Positions 8,165 to 19,221 of a stretch of 53,811 nucleotides of DNA are shown in pieces. Every line of letters begins with the position of its first letter. The first letter of the stretch is position 1. This DNA is from a virus. Lineage: Duplodnaviria > Caudoviricetes. The notes under the pieces are model-generated. The model did no database searches. It was not told the DNA's origin and saw only the letters and a list, made by a program, of their open reading frames with translations. The DNA lies in the IMG/VR virus record IMGVR_UViG_3300012843_000002, positions 1-53,811 of that record. One strand, 5' to 3'. Made by a program: the position numbers and the translations under genes.

Positions 8165-10114
8165 TCAGTTGGTGACTTGAATTCGTTGGTGGCAGGCCCA
8201 GTTGAAAACTGGGGTACCAGTAGCATCGAGATCGGTCGCGCTATCTCGGATACAGGTCCGGGCGCCGGTGCTCGGGCCAGCGCGGCTTCCTGCGCCCCCG
8301 ATGTCGGCGATACCAACCATCTGCCCGGTACCGGTTGGCTCGTTGCTCAGGGTGAGGCGCAAGGTATCGAAGCCGGTCTTCTCGACCTTCGTCACGGTCG
8401 CGCTTGAGGTGCTATCGATCCAGCGAAGCCCGTAGAACCCAGGGTCCAGCACGTTAACGGTGTCGATAACCAACGGACCCGTCGGAACGTGGAAACGCAT
8501 GTCGACCGTTACGCCGGAGCGCTTGGCCGCCAGGCAGTGAAGCGGGAGCCAGATACGCTTGTTGATGATCGCGCGCGCTGCGCGGGCCACCATCACCCCA
8601 TCGCGTGCATATGAGGCCGCGGGCAGGTGGATACCGTCGGTATTACTCGGCAGCGAGTATTGCGGCCCCGCCATCACAAACTTCTCGGGGTTCTCCAGCG
8701 CGGCCTGCAGCTGCTCATGCGGGATGTTGCTGAAGGACCGGTTGTACGCCGGCGCAGTCCAGTTACTCATCTGGGTCAACAGCATCGGGATGGTGTTCAT
8801 CTGCCCGGATACTGCCCGCAGATCGGCGTCATAGTCGGTCTGCAGTTGCAGTAAGTGGCCGATGTACACCCCGGCAGCCATACCGCCGTCATGTTGCCCC
8901 TGGTTCCAGCCAACAAACGGAATCTCGTACCCATAGCCAAGGCGATCGGCCTCGGCCTTCGCTGCCGTCGCTGCGGTGATGCTGTTGTTGTAAGGGATGG
9001 TGCCCTTGTTCAGCGAGGTGATGCCTTGGGCGCCGCGGGAGTGGTCGCTGGTGAGCAGGCCGCAGTTCGCCGGCAAGCCGCGATTTCGGTTGATGTTGGC
9101 GGCGGTCTGCAGCGATGGTGACTCGAGCGAGCGAGCAGTCAGCGGCTTAAACGGCGCAACCATGCCAGCACTCAAGGTCCCGGTCTCGTCGGCCAACTGC
9201 ACACCATCATTCAGCGTGAGCAGTCTGTTCGCTGCCGGCGGTTGGCTGGTAATCGGTGCACCAGATCCAATCCCCCTCATGAGCGACTGACCATTGAACA
9301 GGATGTGCAGCAGCTTGGTCACGTACCCAGCCACGCTGCCAGCGGCGGGAACCTGAGCAGACTGAGCTGTCACGGTGTTGTAGCGGCGCAAGTAGTTGAC
9401 CACACCAGAACTGAGCAGCGGCTCGCTATTGTCCCCATCGGACGTCAGCTGATAGGGAATGCCGTTGGACAGAACCCACACATCACGCTGTCCAGGTGCG
9501 CCTTCGACCCACGCCATCGACGTAGCGGCACTGGCTGGAGGCTGATAGAACACAACCTCACCGCTCCACTTGATACCTAGGATCACGGTGTTGTTCTGGT
9601 CACAGAGCGCCCAGGCGAAGTCACCGACCAGCGACAGACCTGGCAGCCGGTCGAGGATCGCATCGACGACGCCGTCGGTTCTCACCCCGAGGATTACCCG
9701 AAGCAGCTCGTCAGTAAGGGCCCAGGGGTGCGTTTCCGACATGTTGCGGGGTGGTGCTGTCTCGACAGCGAACTGGGTGCTGTCCTGCACCTGCCTGACT
9801 TTCTTGGCATTCGGATAGGTATCAACGAACACCGCAGCGCCTGCTGTGTTGCGGTACACGTTCACGTACTCATCGTCAGCGCTCGAAAGAACGCTGAAGT
9901 TCGTGCCGTCCTCGGTACCTACCAGCCCCAGCGCCACAGATGCATAAGGCATCGCTCCACCCAGCAAGGTCGCCAGGTTGGTCATCACCAGTGCGTTGGT
10001 CGGCCGCATTACCCCGCCACCAACATCCATCATCTTGGGCACTGGCGACAAGAGCAGTTCGTTGGTCTTGTCGATCGTTTGTGTCAAGCGCGCGAGGTCT
10101 TCGGCTCCGCTCAT
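8165..10114 (-). CDS. Tailspike/fibre with SGNH (sialate O-acetylesterase-like) domain
   Basis: Phage tail N-terminus, then NGQSLM, WNQGQHD and DGIHL motifs. Confidence 0.8.
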   Translation of the reverse strand: MSGAEDLARLTQTIDKTNELLLSPVPKMMDVGGGVMRPTNALVMTNLATLLGGAMPYASVALGLVGTEDGTNFSVLSSADDEYVNVYRNTAGAAVFVDTYPNAKKVRQVQDSTQFAVETAPPRNMSETHPWALTDELLRVILGVRTDGVVDAILDRLPGLSLVGDFAWALCDQNNTVILGIKWSGEVVFYQPPASAATSMAWVEGAPGQRDVWVLSNGIPYQLTSDGDNSEPLLSSGVVNYLRRYNTVTAQSAQVPAAGSVAGYVTKLLHILFNGQSLMRGIGSGAPITSQPPAANRLLTLNDGVQLADETGTLSAGMVAPFKPLTARSLESPSLQTAANINRNRGLPANCGLLTSDHSRGAQGITSLNKGTIPYNNSITAATAAKAEADRLGYGYEIPFVGWNQGQHDGGMAAGVYIGHLLQLQTDYDADLRAVSGQMNTIPMLLTQMSNWTAPAYNRSFSNIPHEQLQAALENPEKFVMAGPQYSLPSNTDGIHLPAASYARDGVMVARAARAIINKRIWLPLHCLAAKRSGVTVDMRFHVPTGPLVIDTVNVLDPGFYGLRWIDSTSSATVTKVEKTGFDTLRLTLSNEPTGTGQMVGIADIGGAGSRAGPSTGARTCIRDSATDLDATGTPVFNWACHQRIQVTN

Positions 10115-10156
10115 GTTTACTCCAGGCGAAAAAAAGCCCACCGAAGTGGGCAGGAA

Positions 10157-10645
10157 TTAGGTAGCCGTGGCGCCTGGCCATGACTTCGTATACCAGCGCT
10201 GCAGCAAGGCGCGCAGTTGGGCGGTCATCACCGTAATCGGCATACCGGCAAGCAGTGAGGTGAACTCGGCCTCGTCGACGATTGGCAGTTCGAACAGCTC
10301 AAGCGTGGCCGTGTAGCGCCACAGGTCATCGCCCACAAACTCGGGCCCGGTGTAGATGTCGGTGAACCTGGCGCGATGCGGCTTCAGCCCCAGAGGTGTG
10401 CGAAGTGGGCAGAGAAACCAGTCAGCCCACCCGATCCCCCACCTGCACCACCCTTCGAACAGCTTGGCCTCAGCTGTCGAGAGCAACCAACTGACGGGCA
10501 GCAACGTTGGAACGCTGCCGAACCTCCGTCGCTGCATCGCTCGACCACTCGACATCGTCGTCCTGACGATCGGGCTTACAGGCTTGAAGCCGTATCCATC
10601 CCCCACTGGTAGCGGGAGATCATCAGGAAAGGTCAGCATCCTCAA
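10157..10645 (-). CDS. Distal tail (gpM/Dit-like) protein
   Basis: GYGFKP..RTTMSSGRAMQRRRF..VSW..WF..PL pattern. Confidence 0.7.
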   Translation of the reverse strand: MRMLTFPDDLPLPVGDGYGFKPVSPIVRTTMSSGRAMQRRRFGSVPTLLPVSWLLSTAEAKLFEGWCRWGIGWADWFLCPLRTPLGLKPHRARFTDIYTGPEFVGDDLWRYTATLELFELPIVDEAEFTSLLAGMPITVMTAQLRALLQRWYTKSWPGATAT

Positions 10646-13600
10646 GCGTCCTCAGGTGCAAAGTTGTCGTCATCCGCGTAAATGCGCGCATCGTAGTTGA
10701 CTGCCTCCATATCTGCCGCGTAATCACCGGGATCCATGGTCGTGACAATGACCGGGTAGCACCACCTGGTCGAAACACCGAACAAGAGATGCGGGGGCTC
10801 GATCTCTAGGGAGAGATCCGGCTCGAAGTCAATCGTCGGGATGATTACCCGGTAGTCGTCCAGGCGTGCTGCAGCCCATGGCCCACTGACAGAGCCGTCA
10901 GGCCTGCGAACTGCAAGCACATGGGTCTTCCCGGGCTCCCAAATGAATGGCTCGCTGCTTTCAACGACTACCGGCCCTTCTCCTACTGAACAATCAAGCA
11001 TTACCGCCGACTGGGCATAACCCGGAATGTCGTCTGCCACGGCGTCGTAGCTGAGGTACTCACTATTGAGCGCGGACATTTCGGTGCTCCAGTTGTAGCC
11101 CTTGGTTTGATAAACCTGCGCCCGACGCTGCCGCATGCCGTAACGCCAGGCGCGGTCACGGTCAGTGACCCCGTCCAGTGTGATTTCCTCAACCCTGAGG
11201 AATGCGTCACCGGGCAGCTTGCACTTCACTGTCTCTTCCGCCCAGGTCTTCTCATCCTTGTACTTGATTAGCACACCGTCGAAGTCATCCGGCGCGGGTA
11301 GCGTGAATGATCGCTTCAAGGGGCCGGTCATGTTCTGGGGCGTGTACATCTTGCCGATCTGAGTGCGCACTTCATCCCGCACAGGCGTGATCCGGCCACG
11401 CCTCAACGTGAACTTAGCAAAACCTGCCATCAGCACATCGTTGAGTGCTTCTTTGACCGTTCCAGCTTCCTCTACCGCAAAGTCGAAGTAGTCCCCACGG
11501 CCCTGCCAAATGGCTCCGTAGCGCACCAACTCTTCGATATCAAGGTCGTCATCAGTAGCGCCCGCATCCGCCGCAACGTAGCGGACCCACGGCACAATGT
11601 TTCGCGTAACCGTAGGGACGGACCAAGACCCATTCACCAACACCGGCAGCTTGCGCGTGCCGATCACTGACACCTGATTCTCGGACTGTGCCGACAGCTT
11701 GGTTCCACCACGGGCATAAACAGCGATCACCGTTACGCCCTGATAGCGCAGCGGCGCCTTGTCGATGCGGGCGCGCATGCCGTACCACTGCACCCGGTCC
11801 TGCTTGGTGTTGGCTGTTGACTCTTCGCCGATTCGACGGACCCGTATTTCACCGCGCATGTGGGCCGGGAACGTAATCGAGCGGGTGAACGCGATTTGAT
11901 CTCGGCGGGTTGCGGTGAAAGTCCAGAATACGGGGGTCCAGTTTCCTGCGGTACTGACATCACGGTACTGCGCCTCGACCTTCACGCTTACCTGCCGCTG
12001 ATTGCCGTTTTTCTCGGTATAGCGGATCAGGCCGCTCGGGAAGAAGAAGTCCAGCTCCACCCGGCGTACAGTCTCGCCTTCCGGGCAGACCACGAACGAT
12101 CCCGCCCAGTCGCCTTCAGTGGTTGACCCGTCCAGCACAGCGCTCACGCCATTGCTCTGGATTGCGTCAAACCCATTCCATTCATCGTCAACTGCACCGC
12201 TGTCGGTCAGGCGAACAACTGTGATCGCTGAGGGGCCGTGGTTCTCGTCCTCTGGGGTCTCGTCGTCATCCTCTGCCGAATCGTCCGAAACTTCCGTGAT
12301 CCGATAGCGCATGTCGCGATACCCGATCGAGGCAAGCAGATCACCAGTTTGCAGACCCACGGCTGGGGCACCGCCGTCGTACGCCAAGGTCATGGAAGCA
12401 TCTTGTCCATCCGTTGCTGCCTCTGATTTCACCCCTGTCGCAAAAACGGGGCTCGCACCCAGGATGTCGACGACGGCGCCGGCAAGTGTCAGGCCAGTGC
12501 CAGTGAACGGCGCGGCCTGCTCTGCAATCCTCAACCGGCCACTGGATGCGCTGGCCACCAACGGCGTGCCTGCCAATGCGGCGTTCACCGCAGCCACCAA
12601 GCCGGACAGGTCACTGGTTGCAGTGCTCAAGGAAATGGGGAAATCACTGGTCCCGCGAGAAACCGTAAAGCTCAGAGGCGTTACATTAAAGTCGAAGCGC
12701 GTCGGCGCCGCGCTTCCAGTGATCATTGAGGCGGTACCGGGAACTGCCGGTGTGCCTGGCACTTCTGGCGTATAGCTGGCCACCACGTATTCGCCCGCGT
12801 TGGCACCCGAAATCTCGATGCGCATGCCTACAAACGGCAGAAGCATGGGCAGGTGCGGACCGCTGACCACAGTCGCACTACCGACAACCGGAGCGGTGAA
12901 GGTGTACGGGTACGGCACCTCGATGCGGGCGATCATCCCGCTGTCCCAACCGAGAGGAAACCAGCCAGCCCCCACCGGAACGGTCAGAACATGGTCGGCA
13001 ACCAGCACCGATTCGCCCGTAAACTGCTGGGCAACGGTGGTGGTGGTCGTGAGCGTGAGCCCCGCCCCGCCAGTGCTGGTTGAACCAACCTCGGTGGAGT
13101 TGTGCCACCAGAGCCGGGCCGGCTCATCAGCCAGCGACTCGCCTGGTCCGTAGATCCGATAGCGGGCGGTGCTACCAAGCGAAGCGATCGGGGTGTCGCC
13201 GATCTTCACGTCGGTGGGGTTGATCTCAAACTCACCAACGCCAACGCACAGCAACATCTCCACCCACTGCTCCGTCTCGTTGACGAAGTAGTGCCGAGGC
13301 GGCACCAGGTAGTCGGGGAAGATCCTTGTGCGGCCGGCGACCTCTCGGATTATGTCCCCCACCTTTACCTGGTTGCCGGTGGTCTTCGCCAGGTTAAGGC
13401 TCTGCCCCTTTTGCGACTTGTTCGTCGGGGTGGCCAGCGGCTTTTGCGTGAGCATGATGACGCCGACCGCCACCACGGCGGCCACTACGGCCCACACAGC
13501 CACCTCAAGACCTGTGCCCTTGGGCTCTGGATAAATGCGGACGGTGTCCATGGGGGCGAATTCGACCTTGCCCCAATGGTCAGGTGAAATGAAAACCCCG

Positions 13601-13746
13601 TTCACCTCAATGCTGATGGGCGGCGACGAGCGCGGCACATACCCTGGCACATTGCGCTGCAGCCACCCCTCGATCGTCATCACCTTGTCGGTTCTGTGGC
13701 GCTCCAGGGGAGAGCCCTCAAGCTTGCTCGGGTAAAATTCGATCAC
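10642..13746 (-). CDS. Tail hub / host-specificity protein (gpJ-like)
   Basis: 1034 aa; [35 protein letters not shown]; follows NlpC. Confidence 0.85.
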   Translation of the reverse strand: MIEFYPSKLEGSPLERHRTDKVMTIEGWLQRNVPGYVPRSSPPISIEVNGVFISPDHWGKVEFAPMDTVRIYPEPKGTGLEVAVWAVVAAVVAVGVIMLTQKPLATPTNKSQKGQSLNLAKTTGNQVKVGDIIREVAGRTRIFPDYLVPPRHYFVNETEQWVEMLLCVGVGEFEINPTDVKIGDTPIASLGSTARYRIYGPGESLADEPARLWWHNSTEVGSTSTGGAGLTLTTTTTVAQQFTGESVLVADHVLTVPVGAGWFPLGWDSGMIARIEVPYPYTFTAPVVGSATVVSGPHLPMLLPFVGMRIEISGANAGEYVVASYTPEVPGTPAVPGTASMITGSAAPTRFDFNVTPLSFTVSRGTSDFPISLSTATSDLSGLVAAVNAALAGTPLVASASSGRLRIAEQAAPFTGTGLTLAGAVVDILGASPVFATGVKSEAATDGQDASMTLAYDGGAPAVGLQTGDLLASIGYRDMRYRITEVSDDSAEDDDETPEDENHGPSAITVVRLTDSGAVDDEWNGFDAIQSNGVSAVLDGSTTEGDWAGSFVVCPEGETVRRVELDFFFPSGLIRYTEKNGNQRQVSVKVEAQYRDVSTAGNWTPVFWTFTATRRDQIAFTRSITFPAHMRGEIRVRRIGEESTANTKQDRVQWYGMRARIDKAPLRYQGVTVIAVYARGGTKLSAQSENQVSVIGTRKLPVLVNGSWSVPTVTRNIVPWVRYVAADAGATDDDLDIEELVRYGAIWQGRGDYFDFAVEEAGTVKEALNDVLMAGFAKFTLRRGRITPVRDEVRTQIGKMYTPQNMTGPLKRSFTLPAPDDFDGVLIKYKDEKTWAEETVKCKLPGDAFLRVEEITLDGVTDRDRAWRYGMRQRRAQVYQTKGYNWSTEMSALNSEYLSYDAVADDIPGYAQSAVMLDCSVGEGPVVVESSEPFIWEPGKTHVLAVRRPDGSVSGPWAAARLDDYRVIIPTIDFEPDLSLEIEPPHLLFGVSTRWCYPVIVTTMDPGDYAADMEAVNYDARIYADDDNFAPEDA

Positions 13747-14122
13747 GGTGGTAACTCACTTTCAGGTACTGGTCTTGAAATCGCCGAAGCGGCTTGATAG
13801 TTGCCCCGCTGGGCTTCATCTCCAGGCCGTGTAACCGGCCCTCTGCCTCGACGATCAGCGCGACGTGAATGCAGATATCGCCCCGCCAAACGCAGGCGAT
13901 AGCGCCCACCTCCGGATCACAGCGCTCCATGCCGGCGGCTTCGTGGTTGACTGCCCGGGTGAACTCCATCGGCATGGTGTTTCGGACATATCCCCAGCTC
14001 GGGAGAAGCCGCAGGCCGTACACCTCATAACGAACCGCCCTGGCCATCCCCCAGCAATCGAAGCGCGCAGGGCCGCGCCCGCCATCCTCGTAGGTGGCGG
14101 CCAAGTAGCTGTCGAACATCAC
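13718..14122 (-). CDS. NlpC/P60 tail assembly protein (gpK-like)
   Basis: GRGP..FDCWGM and HVAL motifs. Confidence 0.8.
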   Translation of the reverse strand: MMFDSYLAATYEDGGRGPARFDCWGMARAVRYEVYGLRLLPSWGYVRNTMPMEFTRAVNHEAAGMERCDPEVGAIACVWRGDICIHVALIVEAEGRLHGLEMKPSGATIKPLRRFQDQYLKVSYHRDRILPEQA

Positions 14123-14604
14123 ACGTACCTAAGGCAGGGGGCGAAACTCAAGGTGTACTTGCGCCTTGGCCAAGCCAAATTGATGTAGTCGGTGTAACCA
14201 GCCTGCAGCTGTATGCTGGCCCCTTCCATGAACCCGCTGAGCACCGTCATCCGGTACGGCTTCTCCGCAGGCGCGGACAAGTCGGACGATAGGAAAATCC
14301 GGAACACCAGAGTGATCTTCTGCCGGGCCTCCAGCGCCTGGTCGATCAGCTGCTGAGCGACGCCAGTGACGTTGTCGATGGCAAAGGTCAACGTCTGGCT
14401 ACCACTGTCGTCGCGTTTGGGCAGCGCTGCATCGAAGGCCGCCGCGGTGAACTTCACCTTGACTCCTGTCTCCAGCGTGGCCACCACATCATCGAAGCCG
14501 GCACAGAGGTAGATCGGCGCCGGCCAGGCTGAGCAGCGAAGCTCAAGGGTAGGAATGATCCACGCCTTGCCGCCAGAGGCGTACAGCGTTGCAATTGCGG
14601 TCAT
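14119..14604 (-). CDS. Tail tip protein (DUF1833, gpL-like)
   Basis: [28 protein letters not shown]; follows the tape measure gene. Confidence 0.75.
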   Translation of the reverse strand: MTAIATLYASGGKAWIIPTLELRCSAWPAPIYLCAGFDDVVATLETGVKVKFTAAAFDAALPKRDDSGSQTLTFAIDNVTGVAQQLIDQALEARQKITLVFRIFLSSDLSAPAEKPYRMTVLSGFMEGASIQLQAGYTDYINLAWPRRKYTLSFAPCLRYV

Positions 14605-17600
14605 CGGCCCACCCTTTTTGCCCCATAGGTTTGTTCATAGGCCTTTGCCAGCACGCCGCCTTGGCGGATGTTAGCCACGCAGATATCAAGTATCTGGCGG
14701 CCATCCGGGCCCGTTGACACCTGAACTTGCCCTGCGCGACTGGCATCCTCATACAGGTTGACCTGCGGAGCAGGCTGAGCCGGCGCCGGCCCGCTCGTGG
14801 CCACTGAATCAGTAGTGGGTGCCGAAGAACTGCCGGGGCCGCCCACGAAGGTAGCACGGCCGTCGCTGATGGCCTCCAGCGTGCCTACCCCGATACGCGC
14901 TGTAGCCTCGGCATCAAACACGTACTCACCGCGGTGCACCGGGCCGGCGACCTCATCCTTGCGCCCGTGGCCCGTATAGCCGCCATCCATGAAGCCCACA
15001 CCCGACATCGCGGTCATGCCCACGGCCGAAGCCAGGGGGTTGGCGATGGTGAGCGCAGTGGCCATTGCACCTGGTGCCAGGGCCGGACCGACGATTGGGA
15101 TTGCCGCGGTCGAAGCGAAAGCAGCCAAGCCGGCCTGCAACGCAGTCGCCTGGGCATTCGCCGCCATCATTCCTGCGGCGCTCGCCTGAGTAGTTTTGCC
15201 GACCAGCAGCTGGACCCCTTGGTAAATAAGCCACTGCGCGGCCATGTCAGCCAGCGCATTGAGCACCGACTCAGCAAAGCCACCGATCATGTTGCCCAGC
15301 GCATCACCAGCACTTTCTGTCTCAGTGGCGACATCGGTCATGAAGGTGCTCAGTTCGCTTCGAGCACTTCCCAAGATGTTGGTGGTGGCATCGGCTGCCT
15401 GGGCGGAATAGTTCTGCGCATCATCAGCGAAGTTTGCCCAGGCCTCATGGACCCCATTCATCCAGCTGGTTTGCTGCTCATCTACCGCCGCGTAGAAGTC
15501 CTGTTGCGCCTGTAGCCGTTTACCGAGCTCTTCCTGAAGCACCTGTGTTTCGCTGGCATACAGCTCAGGGGCAAGCTGACCAGTGTTTCGCTGCTCATTC
15601 AGGGTCTGGAGGTCTTCCACGTACTTCTGGCGCAGCGCCAGGTCAGCGCGCATACGGTCTCGGGCCTTGTCGCCCATGCCGATGCCGGCAAGCTCCTGGG
15701 CATATCCGTTGGCAGCCGTTTGGGTCCCGGCCTGCTGGGCCGCCCTGAACGCACTAAGTTTCAAGTCGTCCTCGTTGGCCTTCTTGATTTTGTTCAGTGC
15801 ATCCAGTTCCGCAGCCAGCTCAAGTAGCCGTTTCTGCTGGACCTTTGACAGGTTGCCGAGTTTGCCTTCTTGCAACTCGAAGGACAGCTTGGCGACCTCG
15901 GTGGCATCCTTCTGCTTGTCGCCCGTGGTGTTAATCAGCTCGATCTGACGCGTGTAGCCTTCTTCGGTCGTGTCGAAGTCTTTCAGCTGCTTTTTCGCAG
16001 CCTGTTCTGACTTGGATTCCCCCTCACGCTTGGCCTTATTGGCATTGTCGTTGGCTTTTTTTTGCGCCTCAATGGCGCTTGCTGCCGACAGGATCGCCAG
16101 CCGATCAGTCTCGGTGAGGTCAGCATTCTCAGCGATATAGCGGTTGGCCGTCTTGATCGCGTCGTTGTTGTCCTGCAGGCCGCCGAGCTGTTTCTGGAGG
16201 GTCTCAAGGTAGGTCTTACCGGCACTGCTCATGCCGGTCTTCGCGGCATTGTTCGCCTCGGTCGCTACCGTGTTTTCCTTGGTAGCCCCGGTGAGAACGC
16301 GCAAGGTTTGGGCAATCAGGCCTGAACGCTGGTCAGCATCACTGACGGCGCCCGCCTGGGTGATCCACCCCTGCAACGTAGCCGCCGGCAACTGTAGGCG
16401 AGACCCCACTTCCTTGAGGATAGGGGCAAGGTCTGCACCCGAGGACCGAGCCTCATTCAGCCGGTCTATGACGCCTTGGTATTCGGCCAGCTGCTTGTTG
16501 TACTGACCACCCGAGTCGCGAACAGGCGCTGTCACTGTCGCAGAGCGGATGGCCTGGGCAAGATCGCCGTAGGCATCCTTGACCTTGTCCGTGGCGTTAA
16601 TCTGCTCCTGCTGCCATTTCACCAGGGCAGCTTCGCGCTGGTCCCGGTTGAGCTTTTGGAACTCCTCCCGCAGTTGGGATACGGGCTTTTGCATGTCCTC
16701 CAGGCTGACCCCAGCCTGGTCCGCATTGTCGCGAAGCAGGAGGAAACTTGCCGCCGCGGTGCCGGCGAGAATCGCCAACCCCATGGGGCCTCCCAGGCCT
16801 GCAAGGAGACCAGCCGAAGCGGCCTTCAATCCAGACTGGGCTGTTGCTACAGCGGCAGTTGCAGCAGCCTCCTTTGTCCGCGCTGTCGCGAGCTGGAGGG
16901 ACATTTGGGTCTGAACTGCGGTACCACGCGCCGCAATCGCCTCTCGCTCAGCAAGAATGGTGGCCGTCTGAGCCTTCCGCTGATCCGCTATCGCCGCCTG
17001 GAGTGTCGCCTCAGCCTGAGCAACGCGCGCGGCACGGTCGGCCCGCGCCGCCTGCACACCCAGCCAAGTTTTCGCAACGTAGTTGGTCAGCGCAGCAGCA
17101 CCGACACCGCCCATGGCCACAGCCACAAGGTCAATGTTGTTCGCCAGCGCAATCAGTACATTCGCAAACCCCGCGACTATGCCGGTTTGCTCTTCCATAC
17201 CACCCAGGAATGCCTGAATGGCGGTACTGATGTTCACCATCGCGTCCTGCACGCTGGTGGACATTTCGGCCGCAGCCTTGCGGTTGACTTCCACGGTGTG
17301 CAGCAGACCGATATTGATGTCATCGAGCGAGAGCTTGCCTTGGACACCGAGCTTTCGAATCTCCTCGGCGCTCTTGCCGGTGGCGGTGGCAATCGCAGTT
17401 ACGATGGTCGGCATGGCGTCCTGAATGGACACCCAACCATCCGCCTCGACTTTTCCGGTCTGCAGGGCCTTCGAATACGCATCCAGCGCAGAACCAGCTT
17501 TATCAGCAGCTGCGGCGTTGGTCACCAACAGAAAGCTGAAGCTGTCGGTGATGTCCAAAGCCTCCTGAGTGTTGAAGCCCAGGCTACGCATAACGTCCGC

Positions 17601-17993
17601 AGTTCGGATATACAGCTCTTGTGCTTCTGCCAGAGGCCGGTAGGTTTCCTGGGCAGTTTGCAGCAAGTGACCCTGGACCAACTGATACTCGCCTGCGCTA
17701 CCGGCTGCAGCCTTCATCCTGTCAGCCATCTGCCCATAGGCGTCTACTTGTTGGATGATTCCGCCGATCAGGCCGGCTCCAGCAACCGCTGCAAATGCGC
17801 CACGAACAAGAGTACCGGCTTGTTGCGCTGCGGCACCTGCCCGATCAAAAGCTGAGTCGACCTTAGCCAGGCTCTGGTCAATCGCCAGGGATGACCGAGC
17901 AACCAGCTGATCAGCATTGGCCAACTCCCGACGCAGTTGAGCGGTAGTAGCCTCAATCTGTACCAACATTCCCTGGACTTGTTGGTCGGCCAT
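14601..17993 (-). CDS. Tail tape measure protein
   Basis: 1130 aa, Ala-rich and helical; C-terminal GFMDGGYTG..AGPVHRGEYV. Confidence 0.93.
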   Translation of the reverse strand: MADQQVQGMLVQIEATTAQLRRELANADQLVARSSLAIDQSLAKVDSAFDRAGAAAQQAGTLVRGAFAAVAGAGLIGGIIQQVDAYGQMADRMKAAAGSAGEYQLVQGHLLQTAQETYRPLAEAQELYIRTADVMRSLGFNTQEALDITDSFSFLLVTNAAAADKAGSALDAYSKALQTGKVEADGWVSIQDAMPTIVTAIATATGKSAEEIRKLGVQGKLSLDDINIGLLHTVEVNRKAAAEMSTSVQDAMVNISTAIQAFLGGMEEQTGIVAGFANVLIALANNIDLVAVAMGGVGAAALTNYVAKTWLGVQAARADRAARVAQAEATLQAAIADQRKAQTATILAEREAIAARGTAVQTQMSLQLATARTKEAAATAAVATAQSGLKAASAGLLAGLGGPMGLAILAGTAAASFLLLRDNADQAGVSLEDMQKPVSQLREEFQKLNRDQREAALVKWQQEQINATDKVKDAYGDLAQAIRSATVTAPVRDSGGQYNKQLAEYQGVIDRLNEARSSGADLAPILKEVGSRLQLPAATLQGWITQAGAVSDADQRSGLIAQTLRVLTGATKENTVATEANNAAKTGMSSAGKTYLETLQKQLGGLQDNNDAIKTANRYIAENADLTETDRLAILSAASAIEAQKKANDNANKAKREGESKSEQAAKKQLKDFDTTEEGYTRQIELINTTGDKQKDATEVAKLSFELQEGKLGNLSKVQQKRLLELAAELDALNKIKKANEDDLKLSAFRAAQQAGTQTAANGYAQELAGIGMGDKARDRMRADLALRQKYVEDLQTLNEQRNTGQLAPELYASETQVLQEELGKRLQAQQDFYAAVDEQQTSWMNGVHEAWANFADDAQNYSAQAADATTNILGSARSELSTFMTDVATETESAGDALGNMIGGFAESVLNALADMAAQWLIYQGVQLLVGKTTQASAAGMMAANAQATALQAGLAAFASTAAIPIVGPALAPGAMATALTIANPLASAVGMTAMSGVGFMDGGYTGHGRKDEVAGPVHRGEYVFDAEATARIGVGTLEAISDGRATFVGGPGSSSAPTTDSVATSGPAPAQPAPQVNLYEDASRAGQVQVSTGPDGRQILDICVANIRQGGVLAKAYEQTYGAKRVGR

Positions 17994-18011
17994 AATTTTC
18001 CTCCAGGCAAC

Positions 18012-18034
18012 AAAAAACCCACCGAAGCGGGCTT
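18012..18034 (-). terminator. Intrinsic terminator after the lipoprotein moron
   Basis: Minus strand GCCCGC-TTCG-GTGGGT hairpin followed by a T run. Confidence 0.7.
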
Positions 18035-18049
18035 TATAGAAGGCAAAGC

Positions 18050-18883
18050 TTACAAGGCAGAGATACTTATCTTTGCCTCATCAGAATAAACCTTACCGGA
18101 TTCTATGTTCACAACCTTTACCCAAAAAATCTTACTTGAGAAAAAGTAGTTATTAATAACAGACTCATATGGATTTCTGACGGTTGCCTCCTGATAGGAT
18201 TTAACAACCTGCAAATAATTCGGTACAGATTTAACAACAAACAACAGCCTGATATTATCGCGCTGACTTTTAATTTCGGAGGCGCTAACATCAAGCGCCG
18301 ACGACACATTAAAGAACAATGTTGACATTACTGGCTTAGCAACTGGATTGAACACAAGATAGAACCTATCTATGGTTCGCTGTGTAACAACCGCAGTAGC
18401 ACCGTATGAATTTTGCCCAGAATACTGACCACCATGATACTCGGCCTCACCAATATACACAGATGGGAAGATGCTCCTATAATCTTGCAGCGAATCCAGC
18501 TTGCTTACAAATCCAAACCCCTTCGCATCATGCATTGAAGCCTTGATAGAGAACTTGCCAGTGACCGAATCAAACTTAATCGACGACGGACTCACTACTC
18601 CACCAACTGAGTAATCGCCTAATCTAGCTAGGCGCCCAAAAAAAGCAGAATCAGTTTCGTACTCGCCTCTCGGGCCGCCTAACCTCTCAACTTCGGCAAG
18701 AAGCTCCTTGCCGGAGCGAAACATTTTAACTTTCAAATCTTTCCCGCTTTGATCCAAAGGCAAAAACACCTCTTGCGGGCCAACTGCATGATTCGAAATT
18801 TCTTTATTTGCTGCTTGATTTCCCTGCTGCGCAGAGCAGGCAGCGACCAATAAACTTGCAGACAAGACTAAGCAGAAACGCAT
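18050..18883 (-). CDS. Lipoprotein moron between tail chaperone and tape measure genes
   Basis: MRFCLVLSASLLVAA-C lipobox; visibly AT-richer than flanks; GGGAGG RBS; own terminator. Confidence 0.8.
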   Translation of the reverse strand: MRFCLVLSASLLVAACSAQQGNQAANKEISNHAVGPQEVFLPLDQSGKDLKVKMFRSGKELLAEVERLGGPRGEYETDSAFFGRLARLGDYSVGGVVSPSSIKFDSVTGKFSIKASMHDAKGFGFVSKLDSLQDYRSIFPSVYIGEAEYHGGQYSGQNSYGATAVVTQRTIDRFYLVFNPVAKPVMSTLFFNVSSALDVSASEIKSQRDNIRLLFVVKSVPNYLQVVKSYQEATVRNPYESVINNYFFSSKIFWVKVVNIESGKVYSDEAKISISAL

Positions 18884-18942
18884 GCAGCGACCTCCCCTAA
18901 AAGCGAGGAAATCTATCACAGCACATGCAATCCCTCAGCCCA

Positions 18943-19221
18943 TCAGGTCGAATTGCGCCCCGTAAGCGCCTGGCGCAGCTTGTCGGCCACGGCTGAGGCA
19001 CTCGGTTTCGGCTTGGCCCCTTGCCCCTTTCCTTTGCCGAAGGGGTTGGTCATCTGCGACCACTCAAGCCTGGCATCCAGCGCCATGAAGAGTTCGGGTA
19101 GCGGCGTTCGCCAGGCAACGTCAGGCTGCCAACCAAGCCATCCAGTCGCTATCGAATAGAGCCGGTCGACGTAACTTCCGTCTTCGATGACGCTTACGCC
19201 GTCCCGGCTTGTTCGTTTCCC
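18943..19221 (-). CDS. Tail assembly chaperone gpT-like segment, reached by -1 frameshift
   Basis: Open -1 frame from the slippery site: LYSIATGWLGWQPDVAW-TP-PEL. Confidence 0.8.
   Translation of the reverse strand, partial: GKRTSRDGVSVIEDGSYVDRLYSIATGWLGWQPDVAWRTPLPELFMALDARLEWSQMTNPFGKGKGQGAKPKPSASAVADKLRQALTGRNST

Noticed and set aside
7348-13746. Diversity-generating retroelement or tail-fibre shufflon
   Set aside because: No reverse transcriptase, invertase, TR/VR pair or inverted crossover sites noticed.
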